57,492 nucleotides of DNA from an uncultured Clostridium sp. (lineage in GTDB: Bacteria; Bacillota_I; Bacilli_A; RF39; UBA660), in contig CAZYRI010000002.1 in NCBI GenBank assembly GCA_964649575.1, forward strand, positions 1 to 57,492. The letters are read 5' to 3'. A program made the position numbers and the translations under genes. The notes below the pieces were generated by a model that searched no databases, was not told the origin of the DNA, and saw only the letters and a program-made list of their open reading frames with translations. This document shows, piece by piece, positions 43,614 through 53,474 of the stretch (position 1 is the stretch's first letter; each line of letters starts with the position of its first letter).

Positions 43614-45373
43614 AGAAGAGTAATAAAACACCAACTTTTAAAGAAATGATTGTTAAAACAATAAGTATTACTAAAGGCTATAGAAATACATATATACTTA
43701 TAATTATGTTTTGTTTACTTGCCGCGATATTTAGTTCTTTGGCACCATATTTTTTAGGATATGCAACTGATAGTTTATATGAATCTTTAAAACTTAATAC
43801 TGCATTTAATGTTTCATATATTGTTAAAATACTTTTAATAGTACTATCTTGTTATGTAATTGATGCAGTATGTACTTATATGAAAAGTTATTTATCAAGC
43901 AAGGTGGGTCAAGAAATTGGATATGATTTAAGGGAAAAATTAATTAACAAAATAATGATAACTAAACTTAGAACAATAGATGGTATGAAAAAAGGAGATA
44001 TTATAAGTAAAATAACTAATGATGTTGAAAGACTTACTGATAATATTACTGAAATTATACCTGAACTTGTTTATAATGTATCATTGATATTAAGTGTTGT
44101 AATAATGATGTTTGTACTTGATGTCAAGCTTGCATTACTTACTATTATTGCTATGCCTATAACATATTTCTTATTATCATTTGTTGTTCGTAAAACTCAA
44201 AAGTATTTTGAACTTAATCAAAGTGCGATTGGTAATGTTAATTCTTTTGTAGAAGAAACTGTTACTAATAATGATGTTATTAAGTCATTTAATAAGGAAA
44301 AATATTTTAATAAAAGATTTGATAAGGTAAGTAAAGAATTAGCAACTTATGGGTTTAAAAGTAGTTTTTATAGTAGTTTAGCTGTACCTTTTAATAAGAT
44401 GATTGGTAATTTAAATTATATTGTTATTGTATGTATTGGTAGTATTAGTGTAATAAAAGGTAATATGAGACTTGGAGCTATACAATCATTCATACAATAT
44501 ATGAAAGATTTTAATAAACCGATGAATGTTATTGCACAAGTTATAGCTAATCTACAAATGGCTATTGCTTCTGTTGATAGAATAAATGAAATACTAGATT
44601 TACCAGAAGAGGATAACGGTAGTATAAAAGAATTTACTTTTAATGATTCAATTGAATTTAAAAATGTAACTTTTGGTTATGTAGATGGTAAAAAAGTTCT
44701 TAATAACTTTAATCTTAAAATAAATAAAGGTGAAAAAATAGCTCTTGTTGGTAAGACTGGTGCTGGTAAAACTACAATAGTTAATCTACTTATGAATTTT
44801 CATAAACATTATGAAGGACAAATATTAATTGATGGTATTGATATTAGAGATATTGATTTTAATGAATATAGAAAGAAGATAGGTATGGTTCTTCAAGATA
44901 CTTGGTTATTTGAGGGAACTATTAAAGAAAATATCATCTTTGATGATAAAATTGATGATGAATCCTTAAATAAAATACTTACTAAATCTAAAATATTACA
45001 TATGATTGATGGACTTCCTGGAGGACTTAATTTTGTAATAAATGAGGAAACAAATAATATGTCAGCTGGTGAAAAACAATTATTTACAATAGCAAGAGCA
45101 CTTGTGAGTAATCCTCTAATACTTATTTTAGATGAAGCAACTTCTAATGTTGACACGAGACTTGAATATATAATTAATAAATCTATGAATAATTTAACTA
45201 AAAATAGAACTTCTGTTGTTATAGCACATAGACTTTCAACTATTGTAAGTAGTGATAAAATAATAGTTATTAAGAATGGTCAAATATTAGAATGTGGAAG
45301 TCATAGTGAGTTATTAAAAAATAAAGGATATTATTATGAATTATATAATAGTCAATTTGAATTAAATGAATAA
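43610..45373 (+). CDS. ABC transporter permease/ATPase fusion (exporter half-transporter B)
   Basis: Walker A GKTGAGKTT, signature MSAGEKQL, Walker B ILILDEATS, H-loop IAHRL. 4-nt overlap with partner A. Confidence 0.88.
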   Translation: MKKSNKTPTFKEMIVKTISITKGYRNTYILIIMFCLLAAIFSSLAPYFLGYATDSLYESLKLNTAFNVSYIVKILLIVLSCYVIDAVCTYMKSYLSSKVGQEIGYDLREKLINKIMITKLRTIDGMKKGDIISKITNDVERLTDNITEIIPELVYNVSLILSVVIMMFVLDVKLALLTIIAMPITYFLLSFVVRKTQKYFELNQSAIGNVNSFVEETVTNNDVIKSFNKEKYFNKRFDKVSKELATYGFKSSFYSSLAVPFNKMIGNLNYIVIVCIGSISVIKGNMRLGAIQSFIQYMKDFNKPMNVIAQVIANLQMAIASVDRINEILDLPEEDNGSIKEFTFNDSIEFKNVTFGYVDGKKVLNNFNLKINKGEKIALVGKTGAGKTTIVNLLMNFHKHYEGQILIDGIDIRDIDFNEYRKKIGMVLQDTWLFEGTIKENIIFDDKIDDESLNKILTKSKILHMIDGLPGGLNFVINEETNNMSAGEKQLFTIARALVSNPLILILDEATSNVDTRLEYIINKSMNNLTKNRTSVVIAHRLSTIVSSDKIIVIKNGQILECGSHSELLKNKGYYYELYNSQFELNE

Positions 45374-45385
45374 AAGTAGATAGTT

Positions 45386-45416
45386 AAAGAATAACAAGTT
45401 GGTTATTCTTTTTTTT
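45386..45416 (+). terminator. Rho-independent terminator
   Basis: aaagaataac-aagttg-gttattcttt followed by a T run. Confidence 0.75.
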
Positions 45417-45450
45417 GACATTCTTTTTACAATAAAAATTTTCAAACCTA

Positions 45451-45479
45451 TTTACAAAAGTTAACAAAAATAGTATTAT
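45451..45479 (+). promoter_or_regulatory. dcw/mraZ promoter
   Basis: TTTACA (45451-45456), a 17-nt spacer, then TATTAT (45474-45479). Confidence 0.55.
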
Positions 45480-45480
45480 A

Positions 45481-45515
45481 GTGGTAAGAAGTGAAACAAA
45501 GTGGTAGAAAGTGGG
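45481..45515 (+). promoter_or_regulatory. MraZ operator: four GTG(G/A) boxes at exact 10-bp spacing
   Basis: GTGGtaagaa GTGAaacaaa GTGGtagaaa GTGGggtg, with boxes at 45481, 45491, 45501 and 45511. They start 1 nt after the -10. Confidence 0.75.
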
Positions 45516-45526
45516 GTGTTCTTATC

Positions 45527-45964
45527 ATGCTATTAGGTGAATTTCATCATAATCTGGATGAAAAAGGCCGTTTGATTATTCCTTCTAAGTTTAGAAATGA
45601 ACTAGGAGAAACTTATGTAATCACTAAGGGACTTGATAAGTGCTTATTTGTATATTCTATTACAGAATGGAATAAGATAGTTTCAAAACTAAATACACTA
45701 CAATTTACTAAGAAGAATGTTAGAGCTTTTGAAAGGTCTTTCATAGGTTCCGCTTCGTTAAATGAATTCGATAAACAAGGTCGAATTAATATTACCTCAC
45801 CGTTAGTTCATTACGCCAATATTACTAAAGAATGTGTTATTATTGGCGTTGGTGAACGACTAGAAATATGGAGTCTTGAAGACTATAATAAATATATGGA
45901 AGAGAATGAAGATAATTTAGCTAATATAGCAGAAGACATCTTCGATATGAATTATGAAGCATAA
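45527..45964 (+). CDS. mraZ: Transcriptional regulator MraZ
   Basis: MLLGEFHHNLDEKGRLIIPSKFR..., with a second SpoVT/AbrB-like half ...DKQGRINI.. The ORF-track start at 45491 lies inside the operator repeats, so ATG 45527 is preferred. Confidence 0.9.
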   Translation: MLLGEFHHNLDEKGRLIIPSKFRNELGETYVITKGLDKCLFVYSITEWNKIVSKLNTLQFTKKNVRAFERSFIGSASLNEFDKQGRINITSPLVHYANITKECVIIGVGERLEIWSLEDYNKYMEENEDNLANIAEDIFDMNYEA

Positions 45965-46856
45965 AAGTGTATTGTTAGATGAGGTAATAAAGTATTTAAA
46001 CATTCAGGGAGACGGACTATATGTTGATGCAACTGTGGGATATGCAGGGCATTCAGGCGAAGTACTAAAGAAATTGAATGAAAAGGGGTTTCTTTTCGCC
46101 TTTGATCAAGATACAGAAGCTATAAAATATTCAAATGATAAATTATCTGAAATAGGTGATAACTTTATTATTATTAAAAGTAATTTTTCAGATATGAAAA
46201 AATATATTGATAAAAAAGTTGATGGCATTATGTTTGATCTTGGAGTATCTAGTCCACAATTAGATGAAGCAGAAAGGGGATTTAGTTTTCATAAAGATGC
46301 GGTTCTTGATATGAGAATGGATAAAAGTAATCCACTTAATGCTAAAATTGTTGTGAACGAATATAGTTTTGATAAATTGGTTGATATATTTTATAGATAT
46401 GGAGAAGAAAAGTATGCTAAGAGTATTGCTAAGGCTATTATAGATAATAGGCCAATTAATACTACACTAGAACTTGCTGAAATTATAAAGAGTAGTGTAC
46501 CAATTAGTTATAGAAATAAAAGTCATCCAGCTAGAAAAGTATTTCAGGCAATTAGAATAGAAGTGAATCATGAACTTGATATATTAGAAAAAGCTTTAAT
46601 GGATGCATTTGATTTACTTAAAGTAGGAGGAAGGCTTTCAGTTATAAGTTTTCATTCACTTGAAGATAAAATTGTTGCTCATGTATTTAAAGAGTTATGT
46701 AGTGATGATGAAAGTACTAAAAAGTTACCAGATGTTCCTGATGAATTAAAAGCTAAGGCTAAGAAAATAGTGAAATTAACACCAAGTGAGGAAGAACTTG
46801 ATGTTAATAATAGAAGTAGAAGTTCTAAATTAAGAGTAATTGAAAGGATAAGATAA
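45954..46856 (+). CDS. rsmH: 16S rRNA (cytosine1402-N4)-methyltransferase RsmH
   Basis: H.SVLL.EV...L......YVDAT.G.AGHS, FDLGVSS.QLD...RGFSF, HSLEDKIV. Confidence 0.92.
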   Translation: MKHKSVLLDEVIKYLNIQGDGLYVDATVGYAGHSGEVLKKLNEKGFLFAFDQDTEAIKYSNDKLSEIGDNFIIIKSNFSDMKKYIDKKVDGIMFDLGVSSPQLDEAERGFSFHKDAVLDMRMDKSNPLNAKIVVNEYSFDKLVDIFYRYGEEKYAKSIAKAIIDNRPINTTLELAEIIKSSVPISYRNKSHPARKVFQAIRIEVNHELDILEKALMDAFDLLKVGGRLSVISFHSLEDKIVAHVFKELCSDDESTKKLPDVPDELKAKAKKIVKLTPSEEELDVNNRSRSSKLRVIERIR

Positions 46857-47140
46857 TGAAGAAGAAAAGGGTTGTTAAATTAGTGTGTGAGAAGTATTTT
46901 GCAGTGGGTACAGTATTATTAATACTATCATCTGTATTTCTTAATTTTGTATTAAGTGCTAGTCTTCAATCAAGCAACTCAGAACTTCAAAGATTAAAGA
47001 CTAAAATTGAATCTCAAAAGAAATTAAATTTGAGTATGAAAATGAAAATAGATGAACTTTCTTCCTTAGATAATACAATGGAAGTTGCAGATACTTTTGG
47101 TTTAGAGTATAATAATAGTAATATTAGAACAGTAAAATAA
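46856..47140 (+). CDS. ftsL: Cell division protein FtsL
   Basis: 94 aa. It is bitopic, with one TM helix followed by a coiled coil, and sits in the conserved position between rsmH and the PBP gene. Confidence 0.7.
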   Translation: MKKKRVVKLVCEKYFAVGTVLLILSSVFLNFVLSASLQSSNSELQRLKTKIESQKKLNLSMKMKIDELSSLDNTMEVADTFGLEYNNSNIRTVK

Positions 47141-47154
47141 GAGGTGTAAAATAA

Positions 47155-49314
47155 ATGAATAAAACAAGAATAGTTAGAATAAATAAACTTTTCATAATTA
47201 TTGTTGTTTTTATTTTTGCTTGTTTAATTTTTAAATTGTTATTTGTTGGGACGCATCATGTATATGTTAATGGAAATAAACTTAGTTCATTTGCTAGTGC
47301 AAGGGATACTAGAAAGAAAACTATATATGCTAAAAGAGGAACTATTTATTCAAATGATGGAGAAGTTTTAGCTAAGGATGTAAATAGTTATACTGTTATT
47401 GCTTATTTGGATTCATCAAGAACAAAAGATCCAGAAAGACCTTATCATGTTGTTGATAAAGAAAAAACTGCTGAACTGTTGAGTCCTTTGATCAATATGA
47501 CTAAAGAAAAAATTCTTAAGCTTTTAAATTCAACTTATGAAAGTTGCAATGAAGATAAAACAGAATGTGTTAAAAAGGTACCTTATCAAGTAGAACTTGG
47601 TCCAGGTGGTAGGGGTATTACAGAACTTTTAAAAGATCAAATTGAAGAATTAGATTTACCTGGAATAGATTTTTTATCTAGTACTAAAAGATATTATCCA
47701 AATGGAGATTTTTTGAGTTATACTCTTGGTTATGCTAAAACAAATAGTGAAGGTGCTTATGCTGGTGAAATGGGATTAGAACTTTATTATAATGATGAAT
47801 TAACTGGTACTAATGGTTATATTGAATATCAATCTGATTTACAAGGTTATCAAATAACTAGTACACCAACTGTTGAAAAGGAAAGTATTTCTGGTAATGA
47901 TATATATTTAACTATTAATACAAATATTCAAATGTTTACTGAAGAAGCAATGACTAAGATTGAAGAAGGTAATCCAGAATGGGCTACTATTGCTGTTATG
48001 AATGCTAAGACTGGGGAGATTCTTGGTATAGCATCAACACCGAGTTTTAATAATAATACACTTGAAATTGAATCTTATTATGATCCATTCTCAGCTTATC
48101 TTTATGAGCCTGGTAGTGTTATGAAAATATTTAGTTTTATGGCTGCTATGGAAAATGGGATTTATAATGGAGATGAAGAATTTAAGAGTGGTTCTTTAAA
48201 AGTAGATGATGCTGTTATTAAAGATTGGAATAAAGTTGGTTGGGGAAATATAACCTATGATCAAGGTTTTATGGGTTCTTCTAATGTTGCTGCTTCTAAA
48301 CTTGCTTTAACTCTTGGTAGAGCTAAACTTAAAGATTTTTATTCTAATCTGGGTTTTGGAACTAAAACTGGTCTTCCTTTTCCAAACGAAAGTGCAGGAA
48401 CTATAAATTTTAAATATAATACTGAAGTTGCTAGTGCTTCTTATGGTCAAGGTATTACAGTAAATGCTATACAAATATTACAGGCTCTTACAACACTTTC
48501 AAATAATGGTACCATGATTAAACCTTATATTGTTTCAAAGATAGTTAATAGTGAAACAGGTGAAATTGTACTTGAAAATAGTAGAAGCGAGATACGAAAA
48601 GTATGTAGTGAAGAAACAGTAAATAAACTTATCAAAATAATGAGAGGTGTGGTTGATGGTAGTTCTAAAATGTCAACTGGTACAGGTTATTATATAAAAG
48701 GTATAGATTTAGTTGGTAAAACAGGTACAGCTGAAATAGCTTCATCAAAGGGTGGATATTTAAAAGGAGATAGTAATACTTTAAAAAGTTTTGCTGCTTT
48801 ATTTCCAGGTGAAGATCCAGAAATAATTATATATACAGCTATTTCTAAAACTAAGAAATCTAGTACAATGAAAACTGCTGTTAAAAATCTTGTTAAAAAT
48901 GTTTCTACATATTTAAATATATATGGTAATAAAGAGTCAAGTGAATCAAAATCATATACAGTAGAAACATTTATTAATAAAGATTCAGTTTCTTCTTCAT
49001 TACTTCTTGAAAATAACAATATGGAAGCTGTTATTATTGGTGATGGGGAAAAAGTAATAAAACAATATCCTACAAAAGGAACAACACTTAATGTAGGTAA
49101 TAAAGTATTCTTACTTACCAATGATTCTAAATATAAAATGCCTAATATAAAAGGTTGGTCTAGAAATGATATTCAAACATTCGCTGACTTAATAAATCTT
49201 AAAGTTACTTTTGAAGGAACTGGTTATGCACAAGAGTATAATTTTAAAAATGATAGTGAAATAGATTTAACAAGGACTTTAGAAGTAAAACTTAAAGAAA
49301 AATATAAAACTTAA
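47155..49314 (+). CDS. Class B penicillin-binding protein (PBP2B/SpoVD-type) with two C-terminal PASTA domains
   Basis: N-terminal TM helix. Motifs are SVMK (SxxK), SSN and KTGT. Two ~60-aa PASTA-like repeats lie at the C-terminus. Confidence 0.9.
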   Translation: MNKTRIVRINKLFIIIVVFIFACLIFKLLFVGTHHVYVNGNKLSSFASARDTRKKTIYAKRGTIYSNDGEVLAKDVNSYTVIAYLDSSRTKDPERPYHVVDKEKTAELLSPLINMTKEKILKLLNSTYESCNEDKTECVKKVPYQVELGPGGRGITELLKDQIEELDLPGIDFLSSTKRYYPNGDFLSYTLGYAKTNSEGAYAGEMGLELYYNDELTGTNGYIEYQSDLQGYQITSTPTVEKESISGNDIYLTINTNIQMFTEEAMTKIEEGNPEWATIAVMNAKTGEILGIASTPSFNNNTLEIESYYDPFSAYLYEPGSVMKIFSFMAAMENGIYNGDEEFKSGSLKVDDAVIKDWNKVGWGNITYDQGFMGSSNVAASKLALTLGRAKLKDFYSNLGFGTKTGLPFPNESAGTINFKYNTEVASASYGQGITVNAIQILQALTTLSNNGTMIKPYIVSKIVNSETGEIVLENSRSEIRKVCSEETVNKLIKIMRGVVDGSSKMSTGTGYYIKGIDLVGKTGTAEIASSKGGYLKGDSNTLKSFAALFPGEDPEIIIYTAISKTKKSSTMKTAVKNLVKNVSTYLNIYGNKESSESKSYTVETFINKDSVSSSLLLENNNMEAVIIGDGEKVIKQYPTKGTTLNVGNKVFLLTNDSKYKMPNIKGWSRNDIQTFADLINLKVTFEGTGYAQEYNFKNDSEIDLTRTLEVKLKEKYKT

Positions 49315-49372
49315 TGATAATTCGACATAATTTTTAATTAAATAGTTATAAAATGTTCTTGTGAGGTGACTA

Positions 49373-49804
49373 ATGAGAACATTTTATTTATTTCAAATTA
49401 AGGATGGAGTTCTTAAAAATTATAAGAATAATTATGAAGAATTATATACTTTACTTGAAAGTATACATTATTTAAAGACTGAAGACATTGTACTTGGATT
49501 TAATATTTTTGATAAAATTGTTACTCCAATGGATAAGGAGAATGTTAATGATTATGTTAAAAAGATGAATCTAAGTAAAGAAAGTTATATTTGCTATAAT
49601 TATACTCATACTATTAATGATTTTTATTTTGATGAAACTACTAAAATGGTTATTAATAATTCTCATATTAAAATTAAGACTAATAAAAATGTGCCATCTT
49701 TTTTCTTTAATATTAGAACATTTAATAATATATTTGTTTGTGATTTTATTAATCATGATTATTTTCTATTAGAAGATTCTATATGTTCTTGCATAACCGC
49801 TTAA
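49373..49804 (+). CDS. Possible SirA (YneE)-like sporulation inhibitor of replication
   Basis: 143 aa, of similar size to B. subtilis SirA, with a similar N-terminal Y-F/Y-x-IK pattern. It lies directly upstream of a yneF homolog, as sirA (yneE) does in B. subtilis. The sequence similarity is weak. Confidence 0.35.
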   Translation: MRTFYLFQIKDGVLKNYKNNYEELYTLLESIHYLKTEDIVLGFNIFDKIVTPMDKENVNDYVKKMNLSKESYICYNYTHTINDFYFDETTKMVINNSHIKIKTNKNVPSFFFNIRTFNNIFVCDFINHDYFLLEDSICSCITA

Positions 49805-49837
49805 AATTATGTTAGAATTAGTTAAAGGAGTGATATT

Positions 49838-50101
49838 ATGTATTTATATATTTTAGCTGCGGCTAAGACTTGTACTAATGGATGTAATAGTTTATGGATT
49901 GATATTTTATATCTTGTTATTGGTTTATTAGTAGGAGTAATTGCTGGTTTTCTAATTTCTAAAAAATTAGTATCAAAACAATTAAAAGAAAATCCACCTA
50001 TAAGTGAAGAAATGATTAAAACATTGATGAGGGGTATGGGTAGAAATCCTAGTCAAAAACAAGTTAATCAAATGATGAAACAAATGCAAAAATTTCAATA
50101 A
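49838..50101 (+). CDS. yneF: UPF0154 (YneF) family membrane protein
   Basis: One TM helix, then ...KENPPISEEMIKTLMRGMGRNPSQKQVNQMMKQM, the family signature. Confidence 0.8.
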   Translation: MYLYILAAAKTCTNGCNSLWIDILYLVIGLLVGVIAGFLISKKLVSKQLKENPPISEEMIKTLMRGMGRNPSQKQVNQMMKQMQKFQ

Positions 50102-50126
50102 GGTACTAGAAATAGTATCTTTTTTA
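50101..50126 (+). terminator. Rho-independent terminator
   Basis: aggtacta-gaaa-tagtatct (one G-U pair) plus T6. Confidence 0.6.
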
Positions 50127-50187
50127 TTTATAATTTATTAGTTTAAAATAATCTTATAATATGTTATATTTATATGGGGTGACTAGA

Positions 50188-51045
50188 ATGAAAAAAATAT
50201 TATTTATTATTTTATTATTTATTTCATTTATTAAAATAGATGCGATGAATATAGATAAATTGTATATTGATAGTGAGATTGATATATCAGGTAATTTACT
50301 TGTAAAAGAAATTATTGAAATAGATAATTTAGACGAAGATTTTAATTATAAAATATATTTTAAAGATATGAATCTTACTTTAAATGATAAGAATTATTAT
50401 GATGGATTTAATATTAGTATTGAAAATATAGGTTATTTAAATGAAGAGTATGATTTAGAAAAGATAAATACTAGTGATTTTGATAAATATATTATTAAAA
50501 CTAATGATATAAATGTTGTTAAAAATGATAATAATTATTGTATAAATATAAAAAAGAGTAATAAAAAGGCTTATATTTATATTGATTATATTATATTATC
50601 TTTATCTGTTTTTCATAATGATTCAGCTGAATTTTATTATAAATATTTAAATAATTTAGAATATGATATTAAATATTTAGATATTATATTTAAATTGCCT
50701 TTTAAATCAGATTTATTTAATGTATATGCTCATTCTTTTATTAAAGCTGATATTAAAAAAGATATTGATAAATCAATAGTATATATTGGTAAAACTAATT
50801 ATAAAAAAGGTAATGATTTAGATTTAAGAGTTGTTTATGATAAAGATTTATATCAAATAGTATATAATAAAGATAAGAAAACTAATATTGCCGCGATAGA
50901 TATAATAGAAAATATTGAAAATGATAGGCTAACTAGCACTAAAACAAATAATGTTATAATATATGTTGTTCTTGTTATTGTTGTAATTTTAGTTCTAATT
51001 TTAACTATATTAATAATTAAATATAAAAAGATGATTAAAAAGTAA
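50188..51045 (+). CDS. Membrane-anchored extracytoplasmic protein, DUF2207-like N-terminal domain
   Basis: Signal peptide, the segment 'IDKLYIDSEIDISGNLLVKEIIEI', and a C-terminal TM helix plus a KYKKMIKK tail. The ORF opens at 50161, but the RBS GGGGTG favours 50188. Confidence 0.4.
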   Translation: MKKILFIILLFISFIKIDAMNIDKLYIDSEIDISGNLLVKEIIEIDNLDEDFNYKIYFKDMNLTLNDKNYYDGFNISIENIGYLNEEYDLEKINTSDFDKYIIKTNDINVVKNDNNYCINIKKSNKKAYIYIDYIILSLSVFHNDSAEFYYKYLNNLEYDIKYLDIIFKLPFKSDLFNVYAHSFIKADIKKDIDKSIVYIGKTNYKKGNDLDLRVVYDKDLYQIVYNKDKKTNIAAIDIIENIENDRLTSTKTNNVIIYVVLVIVVILVLILTILIIKYKKMIKK

Positions 51046-51106
51046 AAAACATCTTTTTTATTTTATAAAAAAATGGTATATTATATACAATAGGAGAGGG
51101 AATGAT

Positions 51107-52861
51107 ATGAAGAAAAAAAGTTTATTTATTTTAGCTTTATTGGTTGTGCCAATTATGTTAAGTGCTGAATCTCAAAGCAATTATGCGAATTCAAAGAAAT
51201 ATTTAAATTCATATATAACTTCATTTACTATGTATGATGGGTATATTGAATATGGTAAAGATGTTCCTTATGAATTTGATGGTAAAAATAAAGTTAAAAG
51301 TGGTTTTATTAATGGTGGATTAATAAACAAAAAAGAAATTGAATTATCTAAATTACAAAATAATTCATATTTATTAACAGGAGCAACTTTCTTCACTATG
51401 ACAGAAGAAGATTCTAAAGTCTATAATGTTAATGTAAATAAATTAGATTTAGTTTCTAAAACTGAGAGTAGTGGTACAAGAGTTACTGAATTTGTTAAAC
51501 CTAGTACAAAAGTAGTAGGTGAGGGTACTAGAACTAATCCTTGGGTATTTGTAAGGAAATACAGAGTAGTTTTTAGTGGAAATGGTTCAACTGAAGGAAG
51601 TATGGAATCTATTTCATGTGATTATAATTATAATTGTAGTCTTCCTAAGAATTCATTTAAGAAAACTGGTTATACTTTTGCTGGTTGGTCTTTAAAACCT
51701 GAAGGAAATGTGGCTTATGAGGATGGTGCTAATCCAAATATTACTTCTGTTCCAAATAATGATGTTGTTATACTATATGCTATATGGAAACCAAATAAAT
51801 ATACAGTAGAGTTAAATGGTAATGGTTATACTTCTGGTACGACTGCTTCTGTAAATTGTACTTATGATGAGTTTTGTACATTACCTTCAAATGGCTACAC
51901 TAAAACTGGTTATATATTTAAAGGTTGGTCAACTACAAATAGTGGTGCTGCTGTTTATCAAAATAATGGTAAAGTTAAAAATTTAACTACTTTAAATGAT
52001 GCTGTGGTTACTCTTTATGCTAAATGGGAACCAATAACTTACACAATTAACTTTGATAAGAATAGTAGTACAGCTAGTGGTACTGTTTCGAGTATAGTTT
52101 GTACTTATGATAAGTCTTGTACATTACCATCAAATAGTTTCACAAGAGTAGGTGCTACATTTGATGGTTGGGCAGTAACTAGTAGTAGTGCTGTAAAATA
52201 TAATAATAGAGCTTCTGTTATGAATTTAACTGCAACTGCTAATGGAACATATACTTTATATGCTCATTGGAATGTAAATACTTATAATATTACTTATGAT
52301 TATAATGGTGGTTATGCTGGAAATTATAATCCAACTAGTGCTAAGTATGATGAAGTTATTACTATATCAAATCCAAGTAGATCTTGTTATTCATTTGATG
52401 GATGGAGAATTAGTAATTATGATTCTTCTTATGCTAAATATGGTTATAGTTCAAGTTCTGTAAGTTCAAGTATTAGCAGTTATACAACTGGTATGTATTT
52501 TAAAAATTTAACTGCTACTAATAATGCTACTGTAACATTTACTGCTAGCTGGAGTTATGATTGTTACTATGATGACGATGATGATGATTATGACTATAGG
52601 CCAAGTGGTGGAAGTTCAAGTAGTAGTAGTGGAAGTTCATCTACTTGCGACACAAGATGTCAAATGGAGAAGAACTCTGAAGAATGGTATGATGCAGATG
52701 AAGAAAGAAAGAAAGAACTTGAAGAAGAAAATAAAAAACTTATGAATGATTTAGAAGAGTGCAGTGGAAGTAATAGCACTTGTAATCGTGCAGACAATGG
52801 AATAATTACAGATGGTGATGGAAACTGTGTTTATTCTGGTGTATCAAAAACATGTGATTAA
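51107..52861 (+). CDS. Secreted multidomain protein P3: shared N-domain, about five Listeria-Bacteroides (Flg_new) repeats, poly-Asp/poly-Ser and a charged Cys-containing tail
   Basis: Signal peptide ...IMLSA/ES, with the N-domain ending GEGTRTNPWVFV. The repeats follow Y.V.F.GNG...G.....C.Y...C.LP.N.F.K.GY.F.GW......Y.........LYA.W. The tail reads DCYYDDDDDDYDYRPSGGSSSSSSGSSSTCDTRC... Confidence 0.8.
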   Translation: MKKKSLFILALLVVPIMLSAESQSNYANSKKYLNSYITSFTMYDGYIEYGKDVPYEFDGKNKVKSGFINGGLINKKEIELSKLQNNSYLLTGATFFTMTEEDSKVYNVNVNKLDLVSKTESSGTRVTEFVKPSTKVVGEGTRTNPWVFVRKYRVVFSGNGSTEGSMESISCDYNYNCSLPKNSFKKTGYTFAGWSLKPEGNVAYEDGANPNITSVPNNDVVILYAIWKPNKYTVELNGNGYTSGTTASVNCTYDEFCTLPSNGYTKTGYIFKGWSTTNSGAAVYQNNGKVKNLTTLNDAVVTLYAKWEPITYTINFDKNSSTASGTVSSIVCTYDKSCTLPSNSFTRVGATFDGWAVTSSSAVKYNNRASVMNLTATANGTYTLYAHWNVNTYNITYDYNGGYAGNYNPTSAKYDEVITISNPSRSCYSFDGWRISNYDSSYAKYGYSSSSVSSSISSYTTGMYFKNLTATNNATVTFTASWSYDCYYDDDDDDYDYRPSGGSSSSSSGSSSTCDTRCQMEKNSEEWYDADEERKKELEEENKKLMNDLEECSGSNSTCNRADNGIITDGDGNCVYSGVSKTCD

Positions 52862-52876
52862 TTATGGAGGAGAAAG

Positions 52877-53386
52877 ATGAAAAAAGTATTATTAATAACA
52901 ATTATGTGTGTATTTATGGTGGTTGGTTGTAATAAAAATGAAAATCTTGAAAAGAAACCAATTCCTGAAACTGATGTTGGAAAAGTTGTTGATATTTTTG
53001 CAACAACACAAACAGCACCTAGTTTCTCTGTTGGAACTATGGGGTTATATGATGGTGGATTCAATAATGAAAGTTTAAAAGATCTTAAAGTTTATGATAT
53101 TAAAGCTATAATGAATGATGGATATGAAGAAGAAACTCATTCTTATAAAGGATATAAAGTTAAAGAAGTTTTAAGTGCATTGGAAATAAATTCTTATGAG
53201 AAACTTGTATTCTCTAGTAATGGTGGATTAAATGTAACATTTTATGCAAGTGAAGTAGATGATAATATGTTCTTATTCTTTGAAAGAGATGGTATTAGAT
53301 TAGATAATGCCCCAATTAATTTATTGGTTCCAACTCAACCTGCTAGATACAGTATTCAAAATGTACAAACTATATCAATTTCTTAA
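52877..53386 (+). CDS. Lipoprotein L5, unrelated to L1-L4, with possible molybdopterin-oxidoreductase-like (SUOX-fold) domain architecture
   Basis: Lipobox VVGC. The pattern YKGYKVKEVLSAL...VFSSNGGLNVTFYASEV...NAPINLLVPTQPARYSIQNVQTISI recalls Oxidored_molyb-type lipoproteins. Confidence 0.55.
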   Translation: MKKVLLITIMCVFMVVGCNKNENLEKKPIPETDVGKVVDIFATTQTAPSFSVGTMGLYDGGFNNESLKDLKVYDIKAIMNDGYEEETHSYKGYKVKEVLSALEINSYEKLVFSSNGGLNVTFYASEVDDNMFLFFERDGIRLDNAPINLLVPTQPARYSIQNVQTISIS

Positions 53387-53396
53387 ATAAATTGTT

Positions 53397-53422
53397 AATG
53401 AGCTCCAAGTGAGCTCATTTTA
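53397..53422 (+). terminator. Rho-independent terminator
   Basis: aatgagctc-caagt-gagctcatt followed by TT. Confidence 0.7.
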
Positions 53423-53474
53423 AATTGATAAAACTATTACTAATGTGATATACTTAAATATATGGAGATGTTAA

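Noticed and set aside
45500-46100. Locally elevated GC in mraZ and the 5' part of rsmH, considered as a possible horizontal-transfer signal
   Set aside because: The rise is modest and coincides with highly conserved core genes, as expected from amino-acid constraint. This is unlike the sharp intragenic switch at 190-347.
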